In this document: one piece after another, positions 54,625 through 64,000 of the stretch | How the letters are laid out: each line of letters starts with the position of its first letter | Numbering within the stretch: position 1 is the first letter of the stretch | Source of the DNA: Deltaproteobacteria bacterium | GTDB taxonomy: Bacteria; Myxococcota; Kuafuiibacteriia; Kuafuiibacteriales; Kuafuiibacteriaceae | Assembly (NCBI GenBank): GCA_040218735.1 | Contig: JAVJQW010000019.1 | Coordinates: forward strand, 256,001 to 320,000 | Direction: 5' to 3' | DNA length: 64,000 nucleotides | Translations under genes and position numbers: made by a program | The notes under the pieces: generated by a model | Told to the model about the DNA's origin: nothing | The model's database searches: none | Seen by the model: the letters and a program-made list of their open reading frames with translations, nothing else

Positions 54625-55235
54625 GCGGGCGGGTCGTTGTCGCCGGAGGGTTCACAGGGAGACGGTGAGCTTGGGAGGCGCCGAGCACCGAGGGACCGCC
54701 GAGGCGGTTTTGGAGGGGCTGCCTCGAGCTACGAACCCATCCCCCAAAAACTCCCGTCCTCCCCGTCTCACTGTTCGTTTCGACGGCGCTCGCGACTCGG
54801 TCGATGCGGGTTGGTCGTTGTCGCCGGAGGGTTCACAGGGAGACGGTGAGCTTGGGAGGCGCCGAGCACCGGGGGGACCGCCGAGGTGGCGCGCGTTCTT
54901 GGATGGGGCTTCTCGAGCCACGCCCCATCCCCAAATCTCCCCGTCCTCCCCGTCTAACTGTTCATTTCGACGGCGCTCGCGACCCTGTCGCCCGCGGGTT
55001 GGTCGTCGTCGCCGGAGGGTTCACAGGGAGACGAGAGCTTGGGAGGTGCCCAGCACCGAGCGGACCACCGAGGCGACGCGCGTTTTTGGATGGGGCTTCT
55101 CGAGCCACGCCCCATCCCCAAATCTCCCCGTCCTCCTCGTCTCACTGTTCATTTCGACGACGCTCGCGACCCTGTCGATGCGGGCTCGTCGTCGTCGTCC
55201 TCCCGTCTCACTGTTCGTTTCGACGGCGCTCGCGA
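54625..55235. repeat. Tandem array of ~185 bp hairpin units (3 full plus 1 partial)
   Basis: GTCGCCGGAGGGTTCACAGGGAGACG recurs at 54639, 54820 and 55008; CGTCTCACTGTTC.TTTCGACGGCGCTCGCGA-like sequence recurs four times. Confidence 0.92.
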
Positions 55236-56384
55236 TCAGTCTTCTTCGTCCCGCGGCTCCGCGCCGCGTTTGTGCCGCGCGGGCGCGCCTTCGCCGGCGA
55301 GGCTGACGGCGCCGTCGGCGGCGTCGGCGAGGCTCACGGCGCCGCCGTCCGCGCCTTCGTCGGCGAGCGAGAGCGTGCCGCGGGCGCCGCCGTCTTCGGC
55401 GATTCGGCCGCGGACCAGCTCGATGGTGGTGTCGAGGCCCAGCGCGTCCTCCTTGTCGAAGCCCTTGGCGCGCAGCGCGAGGAGCCGCGGGATCGAGTTG
55501 CGTCCTCCGACGGCGGCGAGCACGTCGAGGGCCGTCTCGGTCAGGCCCTCGCGTTCGAGGAAGTGAAGCGCCGCGGTCTCCGCCTCGGGGCGGCGTGTCT
55601 GACCGAGCGCCTCCAGGTAGGTGATCGCCAACGCGCTCGGCACCGCGCTCGGGTGAATGGCGACCAGCCCCTCGGCGTCGCGGTGCTGCACCAGCGCGCG
55701 CAGCGCGATCTTCTTCGCCTCGGTCGCGGCGCGTTCGTTCATGATCGCGAGGAGCCGTTCACGTCCGCGTGGGTACTCGAAGGCGGCGATGGCCGCGGCG
55801 AGGCCGACGTCGGCGTGCTCGCGGTGGCGCTCGGCCAGCTCGCGGGCGTGTGACTTGTCGGGGCACTTGCGCGCGAGGATCGAGAACGCCACGGCGTTGG
55901 GCGGGGCGCTCTTTGCATCGACGTAACGGACCAGCTCGGCGACGACGTCCGGCTTGGACTCGAGGAACGGCGTCGCGACGTCGACGAGCACCGCCGACCG
56001 CGGCGGAGAGGACGCCGCGCGTGTCTCGTACACGAGGTCACCGTGCGTCGCGTAGACGGTGCCGCCGTGGGACAGCATCGGCGCCGGACCGAGCAAGATC
56101 TCCGCCCACACCGCGTTGGCATCGCGAGGGGTGCCGTGTCCGCCGTCGGTCAGCCACCCGAACGAGACCCACTCCGGGAGCGCACCTTGGATCGTCGTGA
56201 CGTTGCGCCAGATGTCGATGCGCCGACCGCTCAGCGAGCGCGTCCCGAGGTGTCGGTGTTCATGGACGACGACGTGACCGCACACCACCTGCGTCGCGTT
56301 GTTGCGCTTGCGGCGTCGTAGGCGCATGAGCTCATAGGCCGCGTAGGCGCCGAAGCCGAGGGAGACGATGACGAGCGGGTCCAC
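55236..56384 (-). CDS. TM-anchored HEAT-repeat-like protein, paralog 3
   Basis: xDPL start, TM, TTIQGALPEWVSFGW, ALDVLAAVGGRNSI, GARGTLSLAD tail. Confidence 0.85.
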   Translation of the reverse strand: MDPLVIVSLGFGAYAAYELMRLRRRKRNNATQVVCGHVVVHEHRHLGTRSLSGRRIDIWRNVTTIQGALPEWVSFGWLTDGGHGTPRDANAVWAEILLGPAPMLSHGGTVYATHGDLVYETRAASSPPRSAVLVDVATPFLESKPDVVAELVRYVDAKSAPPNAVAFSILARKCPDKSHARELAERHREHADVGLAAAIAAFEYPRGRERLLAIMNERAATEAKKIALRALVQHRDAEGLVAIHPSAVPSALAITYLEALGQTRRPEAETAALHFLEREGLTETALDVLAAVGGRNSIPRLLALRAKGFDKEDALGLDTTIELVRGRIAEDGGARGTLSLADEGADGGAVSLADAADGAVSLAGEGAPARHKRGAEPRDEED

Positions 56385-56416
56385 CTACGCGCGCTCGCAT
56401 TCGGGTACGGCACGCA

Positions 56417-57523
56417 TCACGGCTCGTCCGGGTCGGCGAGCGCGAGACCGCCGTCGTGGGTGAAGCTCACCGCGCCCGCGTCGCTGCCGCCGTCGGCGAG
56501 CGAGAGTGTGCCCCGTGCGCCGCCGTCCTGGGCGATGCGGCTGCGGACCACCTCGATGGTCGTGGTGAGGCCGAGCGCTTCGTCCCGGTCGAAGCCGCTC
56601 GATTGCAGCGCGAGGAGGCGCTCGATCGAGGCGCGCCCACCGACCGCGGCGAGCACGTCGAGCGCCGTCTTGCGCATCACGTCGTCCTCGACGAAGTGCA
56701 ACGCGGCACGCTCCGCTTCGGGGCGCTTCGTCCGGCCGATCGCCTCCAGGTACTCGCCGGCCACGGCGCCCGGCACCGCGGCGGGATCGATCTGCGCGAG
56801 GAGCGCGCGGTCGTAGCGGTGGATGAGCACCCGCAGCGCGATCTTCTTGGCGTCTTCGGGCGCGGTGCCGTTGACGATCGCGACGAGTCGTTCACGTCCG
56901 CGCGGGTACTCGAGCTCGGCGATGGCCGCGGCGAGGCCGGGGTCGGCGTGGTCGCGGTGACGTCGGGCGAGGTCGCGTGCGGGGCGTTTGTCGGGGCAGC
57001 TCCGCGACAAGATCCGAAACGCGACGGCATTCGACGGCGACAGTCCGGCGTCGACGTAGCGGATCAGCTCGGCGACGACGTCCGGCTTCCGCTCGAGGAA
57101 TGGGCGCGCCGCTTCAACGAGCCCGCGCGACGACGGCGGGAACGCCGCGGGCCGCGTCTCGAAGGTCATGTTTCCGTTCGCCGCGACGACCGTACCGCCC
57201 TCCAAGAGCGCCGGCGCCGGCCCGAGGATGATCTCGATCCACAGCGCATTGGCGTCACGCGGCGCGCCGTCGCCGCGACGCTCGACCGGCCAACCGAAGT
57301 GCACCCAGTCCGGGAGCATCCCTTGAATCGTCGTGACGTTCTGCTCGAGCTCGACGTTGCGCGTCGCGCGAAATCCGCTGTGGGTGTAGGCCCGATGGTG
57401 CAGGACGGTGTGTCCGCACACCTCCTCCGACGACGCCGTCCCGGCACGCCGTCGCGTCTGCACCTCCTGAAAGAGCAGGAACCCGGCGTAGCCGAGCGCC
57501 ATGAAGAACAGCGGCTCCAACAC
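56417..57523 (-). CDS. TM-anchored HEAT-repeat-like protein, paralog 2
   Basis: LEPL start region, TTIQGMLPDWVHFGW, ALDVLAAVGGRASI, GARGTLSLAD; start GTG 57523 or TTG 57520. Confidence 0.85.
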   Translation of the reverse strand: MLEPLFFMALGYAGFLLFQEVQTRRRAGTASSEEVCGHTVLHHRAYTHSGFRATRNVELEQNVTTIQGMLPDWVHFGWPVERRGDGAPRDANALWIEIILGPAPALLEGGTVVAANGNMTFETRPAAFPPSSRGLVEAARPFLERKPDVVAELIRYVDAGLSPSNAVAFRILSRSCPDKRPARDLARRHRDHADPGLAAAIAELEYPRGRERLVAIVNGTAPEDAKKIALRVLIHRYDRALLAQIDPAAVPGAVAGEYLEAIGRTKRPEAERAALHFVEDDVMRKTALDVLAAVGGRASIERLLALQSSGFDRDEALGLTTTIEVVRSRIAQDGGARGTLSLADGGSDAGAVSFTHDGGLALADPDEP

Positions 57524-57557
57524 TTGAATCGTAACCCCGTCGGGGCGCCGGTCGAGG

Positions 57558-58694
57558 TCATTCTTCGTCGGTGACCGACAGCGTCCCCGACTCCGCGAGC
57601 GACAGGCCCCCGGCCTCGTCACCCCCGGCGATCGCGAGCCGGCCTCGCTCGGCGCCGACCTCCGCCGCGATGCGCGCGCGCACCATCTCGATCGTGAGGT
57701 CGAGGTTCAGCTCGTGGGCGCCCGTCGCGCTCTGTTGATACGCGAGGAGCGGTCCGATCGAAGCACGCCCGCCGACGGTCGTGAGCGCCTGGAGCGCCGC
57801 GCCGATGTCTCGGCGCTCCTCGAAGTAGTAGAGCGCGGCGGCCTCGGCCTTCGGGTGTTTCGCGAGCCGGAGCGTCTCGAGGTACGCCTCGACGGATCCC
57901 GCGGGGACACGCACCGGGTCGATCGCCGCGAGCCCCTCGACGTCCTTGTTCTCCACCAGCGTGCCGATGAACACCGAGCGGGCTTCGATCGACGCGTCGC
58001 CGTTCACCTTCGTGACCACACGATCGCGACTCTTGGGGAGCTCGAACGCCGCGACCTCGGTCCACAGCGCCTCGTCAGTGGTTCCGCGATGCCGCGCGGC
58101 GAGGCGCTCGGCGACGGTCCGGTCCGGACAGCTACGCGCGAGGATTCGGAACGCCACCGCCGCGGAGGGCGCGCCGCGCTCCACGTACCCCTCCAGCGCC
58201 GCGACGACGTCCGGGAGCCCCTCGACGAAGCGCCGCGCCGCCTGCACGAGCGTCGCGGACGCGGGGGGTGCGTCGTCCACGATCGAGTCGTAGACGAGGT
58301 CGCCCTTCGAGGCGTAGACCGTGCCGCCGTTGGGGAGGTCCGGGTACTCGCCGAAGATCAGATGAACCCAGAGTGTGTTGCGCGAGTCCGGGTCCACGGC
58401 GTGGGGAGCGACCGTCCAGCCGAAGGCCACCCACTCGGGCAGCACCCCGTGAATGGTGGTGGTGTTGCGGTACAGCGGGAGCGGTTCGCCCGTTCCGCCG
58501 AGGGAGTGCTGGCCGACGTCTTCGCGGTGGTGGGTGACCCGAAAGCCGTTCACGGTTTCGGCGCGCGCACTCGGCGACGGAGACGCGAGTAGCTCCCCCG
58601 CGCGGCGCACCTGGCGCCGTCGGTATTGGATCACGGTGCCGATAGCGCCCGCGACGCCCATTCCGATCAGATACATCACCGTGAGCGGATCCAA
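57558..58694 (-). CDS. TM-anchored HEAT-repeat-like protein, paralog 1
   Basis: xDPL start, TTIHGVLPEWVAFGW, ALQALTTVGGRASI, GAERGRLAIA...GGLSLAE. Confidence 0.85.
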   Translation of the reverse strand: MDPLTVMYLIGMGVAGAIGTVIQYRRRQVRRAGELLASPSPSARAETVNGFRVTHHREDVGQHSLGGTGEPLPLYRNTTTIHGVLPEWVAFGWTVAPHAVDPDSRNTLWVHLIFGEYPDLPNGGTVYASKGDLVYDSIVDDAPPASATLVQAARRFVEGLPDVVAALEGYVERGAPSAAVAFRILARSCPDRTVAERLAARHRGTTDEALWTEVAAFELPKSRDRVVTKVNGDASIEARSVFIGTLVENKDVEGLAAIDPVRVPAGSVEAYLETLRLAKHPKAEAAALYYFEERRDIGAALQALTTVGGRASIGPLLAYQQSATGAHELNLDLTIEMVRARIAAEVGAERGRLAIAGGDEAGGLSLAESGTLSVTDEE

Positions 58695-58882
58695 ACCTCA
58701 GTCCGTCTCCGCCGAGGCCCAGCGGGCGGCGTCGACGACCCCGAGGCCACCGGCGAGCGCGCCCGAGAGGAGCCCGAGGGTCACGCGGGGATGGTAAGGC
58801 GCGAGCCGCGTCCCTGTCAGGTCCTACGCGATGGATTCGTGACGCCCGCGTGGTGTACACGCCCCCGGCCGTCCCCTCTTCG

Positions 58883-60181
58883 ATGACCGCACCATCCCAC
58901 GCGCAGCGGCGGCGCGGACTCGTCGCCTCGGTCGTCGAAGGGGCGCTGCACGCCGTGATGGTCGGCGTCAGCGAGTCGTACCTCGGCGCGCTCGCCGTCG
59001 AGCTCGGTCACGGCGACGTCGCGATCGCGCTGCTCGTCACGCTGCCGATCCTGGTCGGTGCCCTCGCGCAGCTCACCGCGGGGCGCCTCGGCGATCGCAT
59101 CGGTCGACGCCGCCTCGTCCTGATCGGCGCGGCGCTCCAGGCCGCGAGTCACGTCGGGTTCTGGTGGATCGCCTCCACACGCGAAGACGACTTCTTGGCG
59201 CTCCTCCTCGCGAAGGTCGCGTTCTGGACCTCGGGCATGATGATCGTCCCCGCGTGGAGCGCGTGGATGGCGCGCCTCACCGAAGGCATGGGCCGGGAGC
59301 GCTACTTCGCGCGGCGGGGCGCGACGACCGCCGCGGCGCTGCTGGTGACGTTCCTCTTCGCCGGCTTCTTCCTCGAGTCCGGGCGTCGCGCCGGCGATGC
59401 GCTGGGAGCGTTCGCGGTGATGTTCGTCGTGGGGTTGGTCGCCCGGGCCGTGAGCCTCGGCGGCTTCTTCCTCATGCCGCCGATGGAGCGACTCGACACC
59501 TCCGCGCAACCTAGCTTGCGTGCGGTCATCGCGCGGTCGCGTCTGCGGACGCCGGTGTACCTGGCCGCGATGACCTTCGGCACCTATCTCTCCGCGCCGT
59601 TCTTCACGCCGTACATGCTCCGCGTCCTGGAGCTCGACTTCGAGCGCTACGCGGCGCTCATCGCGACGGCGACGCTGACGAAGGTCGTCGCCTTCCCGCT
59701 CCTCCACCGCGCGGCGGTGCGCTTCGGGCTCCCGCGGGTCCTGCTGGTGTCGGGCATCGGCGTCGCGGTCGTCCCCCTCGCGTGGTCGTGGACCACGGAG
59801 TTCGGTTGGCTGATGGCGGCGCAGGTCCTGAGCGGCGCCGCGTGGTCCGGCGTGGAGCTCGCGAGCTTCCAGCTCCTCCTCGACAGCGCCGACGACGATC
59901 ACCGTACCGGCCTGATGGGGCTGTCGAGCGCGATGTCGGGCGCGATGCAGGTCACCGCCGCGCTGGTCGGCAGCGCTCTGTTGGTGACGCTCGTGCATGA
60001 CTACGTGCTGGTGTTCGTGATCTCCGCCGCGGCGCGCGCGCTCGCCCTCGCGTTTTTGTGGAGCGCCGTCCGCCGCGAGAGCTTCGAGCGGATCCCTCGT
60101 GTGTTCGTGCGCATCGTCTCGATGCGCCCGGTGGAGGGCGTGGTGCGGAAACTGGTGGGGTGGGAGTCGCCGCGCGACTAA
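58883..60181 (+). CDS. MFS transporter
   Basis: GRLGDRIGRRRL, PAWSAWMARL, RYFARR, APFFTPYMLRVL; about 12 TM. Confidence 0.88.
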   Translation: MTAPSHAQRRRGLVASVVEGALHAVMVGVSESYLGALAVELGHGDVAIALLVTLPILVGALAQLTAGRLGDRIGRRRLVLIGAALQAASHVGFWWIASTREDDFLALLLAKVAFWTSGMMIVPAWSAWMARLTEGMGRERYFARRGATTAAALLVTFLFAGFFLESGRRAGDALGAFAVMFVVGLVARAVSLGGFFLMPPMERLDTSAQPSLRAVIARSRLRTPVYLAAMTFGTYLSAPFFTPYMLRVLELDFERYAALIATATLTKVVAFPLLHRAAVRFGLPRVLLVSGIGVAVVPLAWSWTTEFGWLMAAQVLSGAAWSGVELASFQLLLDSADDDHRTGLMGLSSAMSGAMQVTAALVGSALLVTLVHDYVLVFVISAAARALALAFLWSAVRRESFERIPRVFVRIVSMRPVEGVVRKLVGWESPRD

Positions 60182-60225
60182 CAACCATCGAACCGCGGCC
60201 GTCGCCGCCTGCGGTCGAGGGCGAG

Positions 60226-63200
60226 CTACGCCCGCCGAATCAGGTTGGCGAGGTCGTCCGTGGTGAGGCGCGCGGTCTGATTCGTGCCGTCGAGGAGCGC
60301 GGCGAACATGCCGCGTTTGTCGTCGTGCAGCTCGAGGATCGTCTCTTCGACGGTGTCGCGCGTGACCAGCCGGTAGACCGTCACGGGGTGCGTCTGGCCG
60401 ATGCGGTGCGCGCGGTCGGTCGCCTGGTCTTCGACCGCCGGGTTCCACCACGGATCGAGGTGCAGCACGGTGTCGGCGGCGGTGAGGTTGAGGCCGGTGC
60501 CGCCGGCCTTCACGGAGATGAGGAACAGCGGAACGTCGCCGGCCTGGAAGCGGTCGACGCGTCGCGCGCGCTCCTTCGCGGGGGTGCTGCCGTCCAGGTA
60601 GACGTAGTCGAGCGCTTCGTCCTCGAGCGCTTCGCGGACGAGCGCGAGGTGTTTGACGAACTGGCTGAAGATCAGCGCGCGGCGCCCTTCGGCGGCGAGC
60701 TCGCGGACGATGGTCAGCACGCGGTCGAGTTTCGACGAAGCCACCGTCGAGTCGTCGTCGACGAGCCGCGGGTGACACGCGAGCTGCCGCAGCCGCGTAA
60801 GCGCGGCGAGCACCTTCACGTGCAGCTGACTTCCCCGTTCGTCCTGCTTCTCCTTCTCGATCGTGTGGATCGCGGCGAGCCGCGCGTCGTCGTAGAGCGC
60901 GCGCTCGCGTGTCGAGAGCACCACGTCGAGCGTCACGTCGCTGCGCGGCGGGAGGTCCGTCGCGACCTCCTGCTTCGTTCGCCGCAGGATGAACGGCCGC
61001 ACCACGTGCGCGAGCGCCGCCGAAGCGAATGCGACGCCGTCCGCGTCGCTCCGACCGGCGTCGTCGAAGAAGTCGCGCTTGAAGCGCTCCCAGCTCCCGA
61101 GCAGACCCGGGAAAACCGCCGCGAACAGCGCCCACAGCTCGGATGGGTGGTTCTCCACGGGCGTGCCCGTGAGCGCGACCGTCCACGCCGCGTCGAGCTT
61201 GCGCACCGCGCGCGAGCGCTTGGTCTGCGCGTTCTTGATCGCCTGCGCCTCGTCGAGCACGAGTGTCCCGAAGTGCACCGCGGCGAGCAGCTCCGCGTCG
61301 CGCTGCACGACACCGTACGACGTGATCACCACGTCCTTCGCGCCGAGCCCGTCGAGGTGTCGTTCGCGATCCGAGCCCGCGTAGCTGATAACGTTCAACT
61401 CCGGCGCGAACCGCGCGAGCTCACGCGCCCAGTTGAACCCGACCGACGTCGGCGCGACGACGAGCGCCGGGCCCTCTTCGCTGCGATCGAGCAGGCACGC
61501 GATGGTCTGGATCGTCTTGCCGAGCCCCATGTCGTCGGCGAGCACCGCGCCCGCGTTCCACGCGGCGAGGCGCATCATCCACGCGTGCCCCTCGCGCTGG
61601 TACGGGCGGAGTTTGTCGGCGAGCTGCGGCGGCGGCGTGGGTTCGAGCGCGGCCGCGGCGTCGATGCGTTCGAGCAGCTGCGCCCAGGTGTCCGGGGTCT
61701 CGTACGACTCGGCTTCACGACCGAGCGCCTCCACCGCCTGCGCCGCGGCGATCGACATCTCGATGCGCTCGTCGATGCTCATCGTGAGCGGCGCGAGCGC
61801 GGTGAGGCGCCCGAGGAGCTTCGCCTCCAGCTCGACGAACTCACCCTCGCCGAGCCGCACGTACTTTTCGTCGTGTCGCGCGGCGTCGAGGAGGACGGCG
61901 AGCTGGATGCGACGCCCGTCGACGTGCGCCGAGCCCTCCACGTCGAACCAGTCCTTGTGGCCGTTCACCTGGAGCGACAGGTGGCTCGTGGTCGCGACGC
62001 TCGGGCGCTTCCACTCGCGCACCGGCCACACCGCGTGGATCGCGTCGTCGTCACGGACGCGGCGCACGAGCTCCAGGGCGTCGTCGAGCGTCTCGGCGTG
62101 GAGCGTGAAGTCCTCGCGCGTGACACCCTCCAGGCCCGCGTCGAGGATGCGTTCGATCGCGGCGTTGGCGGCCTCCACCTCGGCGTAGCGATCGCGTGTC
62201 GTCTGGACGATCTGCCGGTCCGGCGTCGAGGTCGTGAGGTCATCGGTGCCCATGCCCGGCACGAGCATCGGCCCGTGCTCCAGCGGGCGCACGCGCACCT
62301 CGACCATCACGCCCATGTCGCGCGGGAGGGGCGTCATCGAGAAGAACACGTCGAGGCTCGGTGCGACGTCGATCTGCTGAATCGCATCGGACCCGCGCAC
62401 CGGGATGTGCGCCGCGACCTTCGTCAGCCGCGACATCAACGCGGCGCGCGCTTCGGCGGGGATGTCGGTGCCGAAGTCGATCCACCGGCGCAGGAACTCC
62501 GAGAGGGTGTTGTCGATCGGCGTGATGAGGACTTCGCGTTTCTCGGGATCGAAGCGCACCACGGGACCGTCGCCGACGCGGTGGGGATCGACGTGCTCGG
62601 TCCACGCCTCCGCGCTGAACGATTCGTCGCCGAGGACCGCGCGCAGCGTGAGGGTGTCCTCGTCTTCCGTCGCTTCGGCGGTGAGGGCGACGGGCACTTC
62701 GACGACGCGCCAGTGCTGCGACTCGTGGCCTTCGAACGTGACGCGCGGGTGTCCGATCAGGGACATCAGGACCTTGGCGTACAGGCGCGTCGCTTCGACG
62801 AACTTCAGGCGTTGCCGCCGCGCCTTCATCAGCTGCACGCGCAGCGCGATCGCTTCGTCGTTGGCTTCGAGGGTGTGCTCTTCGAGGAGCCGGTCCACGC
62901 TGATGCGTTTGGGTTTGAGGAACGTCCCGCGTTTGCCGCGGTGGGCGACGAGCGGGATCACGCTGTCTTCGACCGGGCTGACGGACCACCACACGCGCAC
63001 TTCGTCGGGGGTGTCGTCGAACCCGTCGATCGCGTCGTCGAACTCCTGGATCCAGCGCTTCCAGGTCGGCGTCGCCGCGGCTTCGAGGAGCGCGGATCGC
63101 GAGAGCGTCCCGACCTCCTGATAGATCACGCCGAGCAGGTGATCGATCGCGCCGAGCTGGTGCTCACACGGCACGTCGCATTGGCTGCAGATCGGTCGGA

Positions 63201-63999
63201 CGTCGACACCGGGCTCCAGGCTCACCGGGATGAAGACCTTGCGCCCGGTGCTCGTCCACCGCGGCGCGCCGGCTTCCACCGCTTCGTAGCGGAAGCGGCG
63301 CGGGTTCTCGTCGGTGAGCTTCGCGTCGACGACGACCACGTCGGCCGCGCGCCGCGGCGCGACGATCTCACGCACGCCTTTGCGCGCGCGACGCAGGCGC
63401 TCGACGAGCTTGGCGGCGACTTCGTCGTCCGGGAGTGGGCGCGTCGCAAACGCGGACGCGGCTTCTTCGGCGAGCGCCTCCTTGCGCCGCGCGGCGTGGT
63501 CCTCGAGCCACGCGAACAGCGCCGCCTTGTGGGGCGCGAGGTCGGGGATCGGGAGTGTGAAGAACTTCGCGATCGTCGCGTCGTAGTGCACGTGGCGCGC
63601 GGTGTGCCAGCCCTCGGGGGCGTCGGGGAGATCGTACGGGAGCTTCGTGTCGAGCGCTTCGAAGACACCGCGTTCGCGCGCCCAACCTTCGAGGTCCTTG
63701 GGGAGGTCGACCTTCGGCGCCTCCTCCTTCGGGAGCTGACGCAGCAGGTGTTTGATCAGGTCGCGCCGCAGGACGCGCAGCTGCGACGCCGTGAGGATCG
63801 GACCGAGCAGCCCCTGCGCCTTGTCGAGGAACGTCGCGAGCGACGCGTCGCCGGTCGTCGACGCGACGTGGTCCGCGGCGCGCAGCGAACGCGGCGTCGC
63901 GCGTGGGCCGAGCGCTTCGCGGGTGTCGGCCGTGAGCGCCTGCTCGATCCCGCACTCGATCGCCGCGGACCGAATCGCCGCGAACGACTCGGCGAGACG
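60226..63999 (-). CDS. SNF2-family helicase with SWIM-like zinc finger (5' end beyond window)
   Basis: CSQCDVPCEH, LRPYQ, LADDMGLGKT, LDEAQAIKN, LTGTPVEN, FSQF, KAGGTGLNLTAAD, WWNPAVEDQATDRAHRIGQ; frame stays open from 63591 to the window edge. Confidence 0.95.
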   Translation of the reverse strand, partial: RLAESFAAIRSAAIECGIEQALTADTREALGPRATPRSLRAADHVASTTGDASLATFLDKAQGLLGPILTASQLRVLRRDLIKHLLRQLPKEEAPKVDLPKDLEGWARERGVFEALDTKLPYDLPDAPEGWHTARHVHYDATIAKFFTLPIPDLAPHKAALFAWLEDHAARRKEALAEEAASAFATRPLPDDEVAAKLVERLRRARKGVREIVAPRRAADVVVVDAKLTDENPRRFRYEAVEAGAPRWTSTGRKVFIPVSLEPGVDVRPICSQCDVPCEHQLGAIDHLLGVIYQEVGTLSRSALLEAAATPTWKRWIQEFDDAIDGFDDTPDEVRVWWSVSPVEDSVIPLVAHRGKRGTFLKPKRISVDRLLEEHTLEANDEAIALRVQLMKARRQRLKFVEATRLYAKVLMSLIGHPRVTFEGHESQHWRVVEVPVALTAEATEDEDTLTLRAVLGDESFSAEAWTEHVDPHRVGDGPVVRFDPEKREVLITPIDNTLSEFLRRWIDFGTDIPAEARAALMSRLTKVAAHIPVRGSDAIQQIDVAPSLDVFFSMTPLPRDMGVMVEVRVRPLEHGPMLVPGMGTDDLTTSTPDRQIVQTTRDRYAEVEAANAAIERILDAGLEGVTREDFTLHAETLDDALELVRRVRDDDAIHAVWPVREWKRPSVATTSHLSLQVNGHKDWFDVEGSAHVDGRRIQLAVLLDAARHDEKYVRLGEGEFVELEAKLLGRLTALAPLTMSIDERIEMSIAAAQAVEALGREAESYETPDTWAQLLERIDAAAALEPTPPPQLADKLRPYQREGHAWMMRLAAWNAGAVLADDMGLGKTIQTIACLLDRSEEGPALVVAPTSVGFNWARELARFAPELNVISYAGSDRERHLDGLGAKDVVITSYGVVQRDAELLAAVHFGTLVLDEAQAIKNAQTKRSRAVRKLDAAWTVALTGTPVENHPSELWALFAAVFPGLLGSWERFKRDFFDDAGRSDADGVAFASAALAHVVRPFILRRTKQEVATDLPPRSDVTLDVVLSTRERALYDDARLAAIHTIEKEKQDERGSQLHVKVLAALTRLRQLACHPRLVDDDSTVASSKLDRVLTIVRELAAEGRRALIFSQFVKHLALVREALEDEALDYVYLDGSTPAKERARRVDRFQAGDVPLFLISVKAGGTGLNLTAADTVLHLDPWWNPAVEDQATDRAHRIGQTHPVTVYRLVTRDTVEETILELHDDKRGMFAALLDGTNQTARLTTDDLANLIRRA

Positions 64000-64000
64000 A

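Noticed and set aside
54625-55235. Possible CRISPR array or coding repeats
   Set aside because: Units are about 185 bp and similar throughout with no unique spacers; overlapping ORFs are Arg/Pro-rich translations of the repeat.

Overview
High-GC chromosomal window whose gene content is typical of a myxobacterium-like organism (Ser/Thr kinase with PEGA domains, sigma54 enhancer-binding protein, TPR proteins, MYXO-CTERM-like protease, SNF2 helicase). The taxon is inferred from gene content only. I can support about 50 CDS and see no rRNA, tRNA, transposase, integrase, cas gene or true CRISPR array. Best candidates for an undescribed system: (1) a tightly coupled minus-strand operon Rieske - HAD - ParA-family ATPase - two Roadblock/LC7-like proteins - tandem V4R protein - GH99-like hydrolase, meeting a convergent pseudo-receiver/Roadblock gene (39.3-47.1 kb), with no small GTPase; (2) two cation:proton antiporter-like genes, one fused to a roughly 950 aa helical + P-loop + winged-helix tail, coupled to an MscS-like gene (33.1-39.2 kb); (3) four families of structured intergenic repeats next to stop codons, including a ~900 bp nested foldback (6572-7466), a two-copy MITE-like element and a ~185 bp hairpin tandem array. 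All product calls come from reading motifs by eye; no database search was run.
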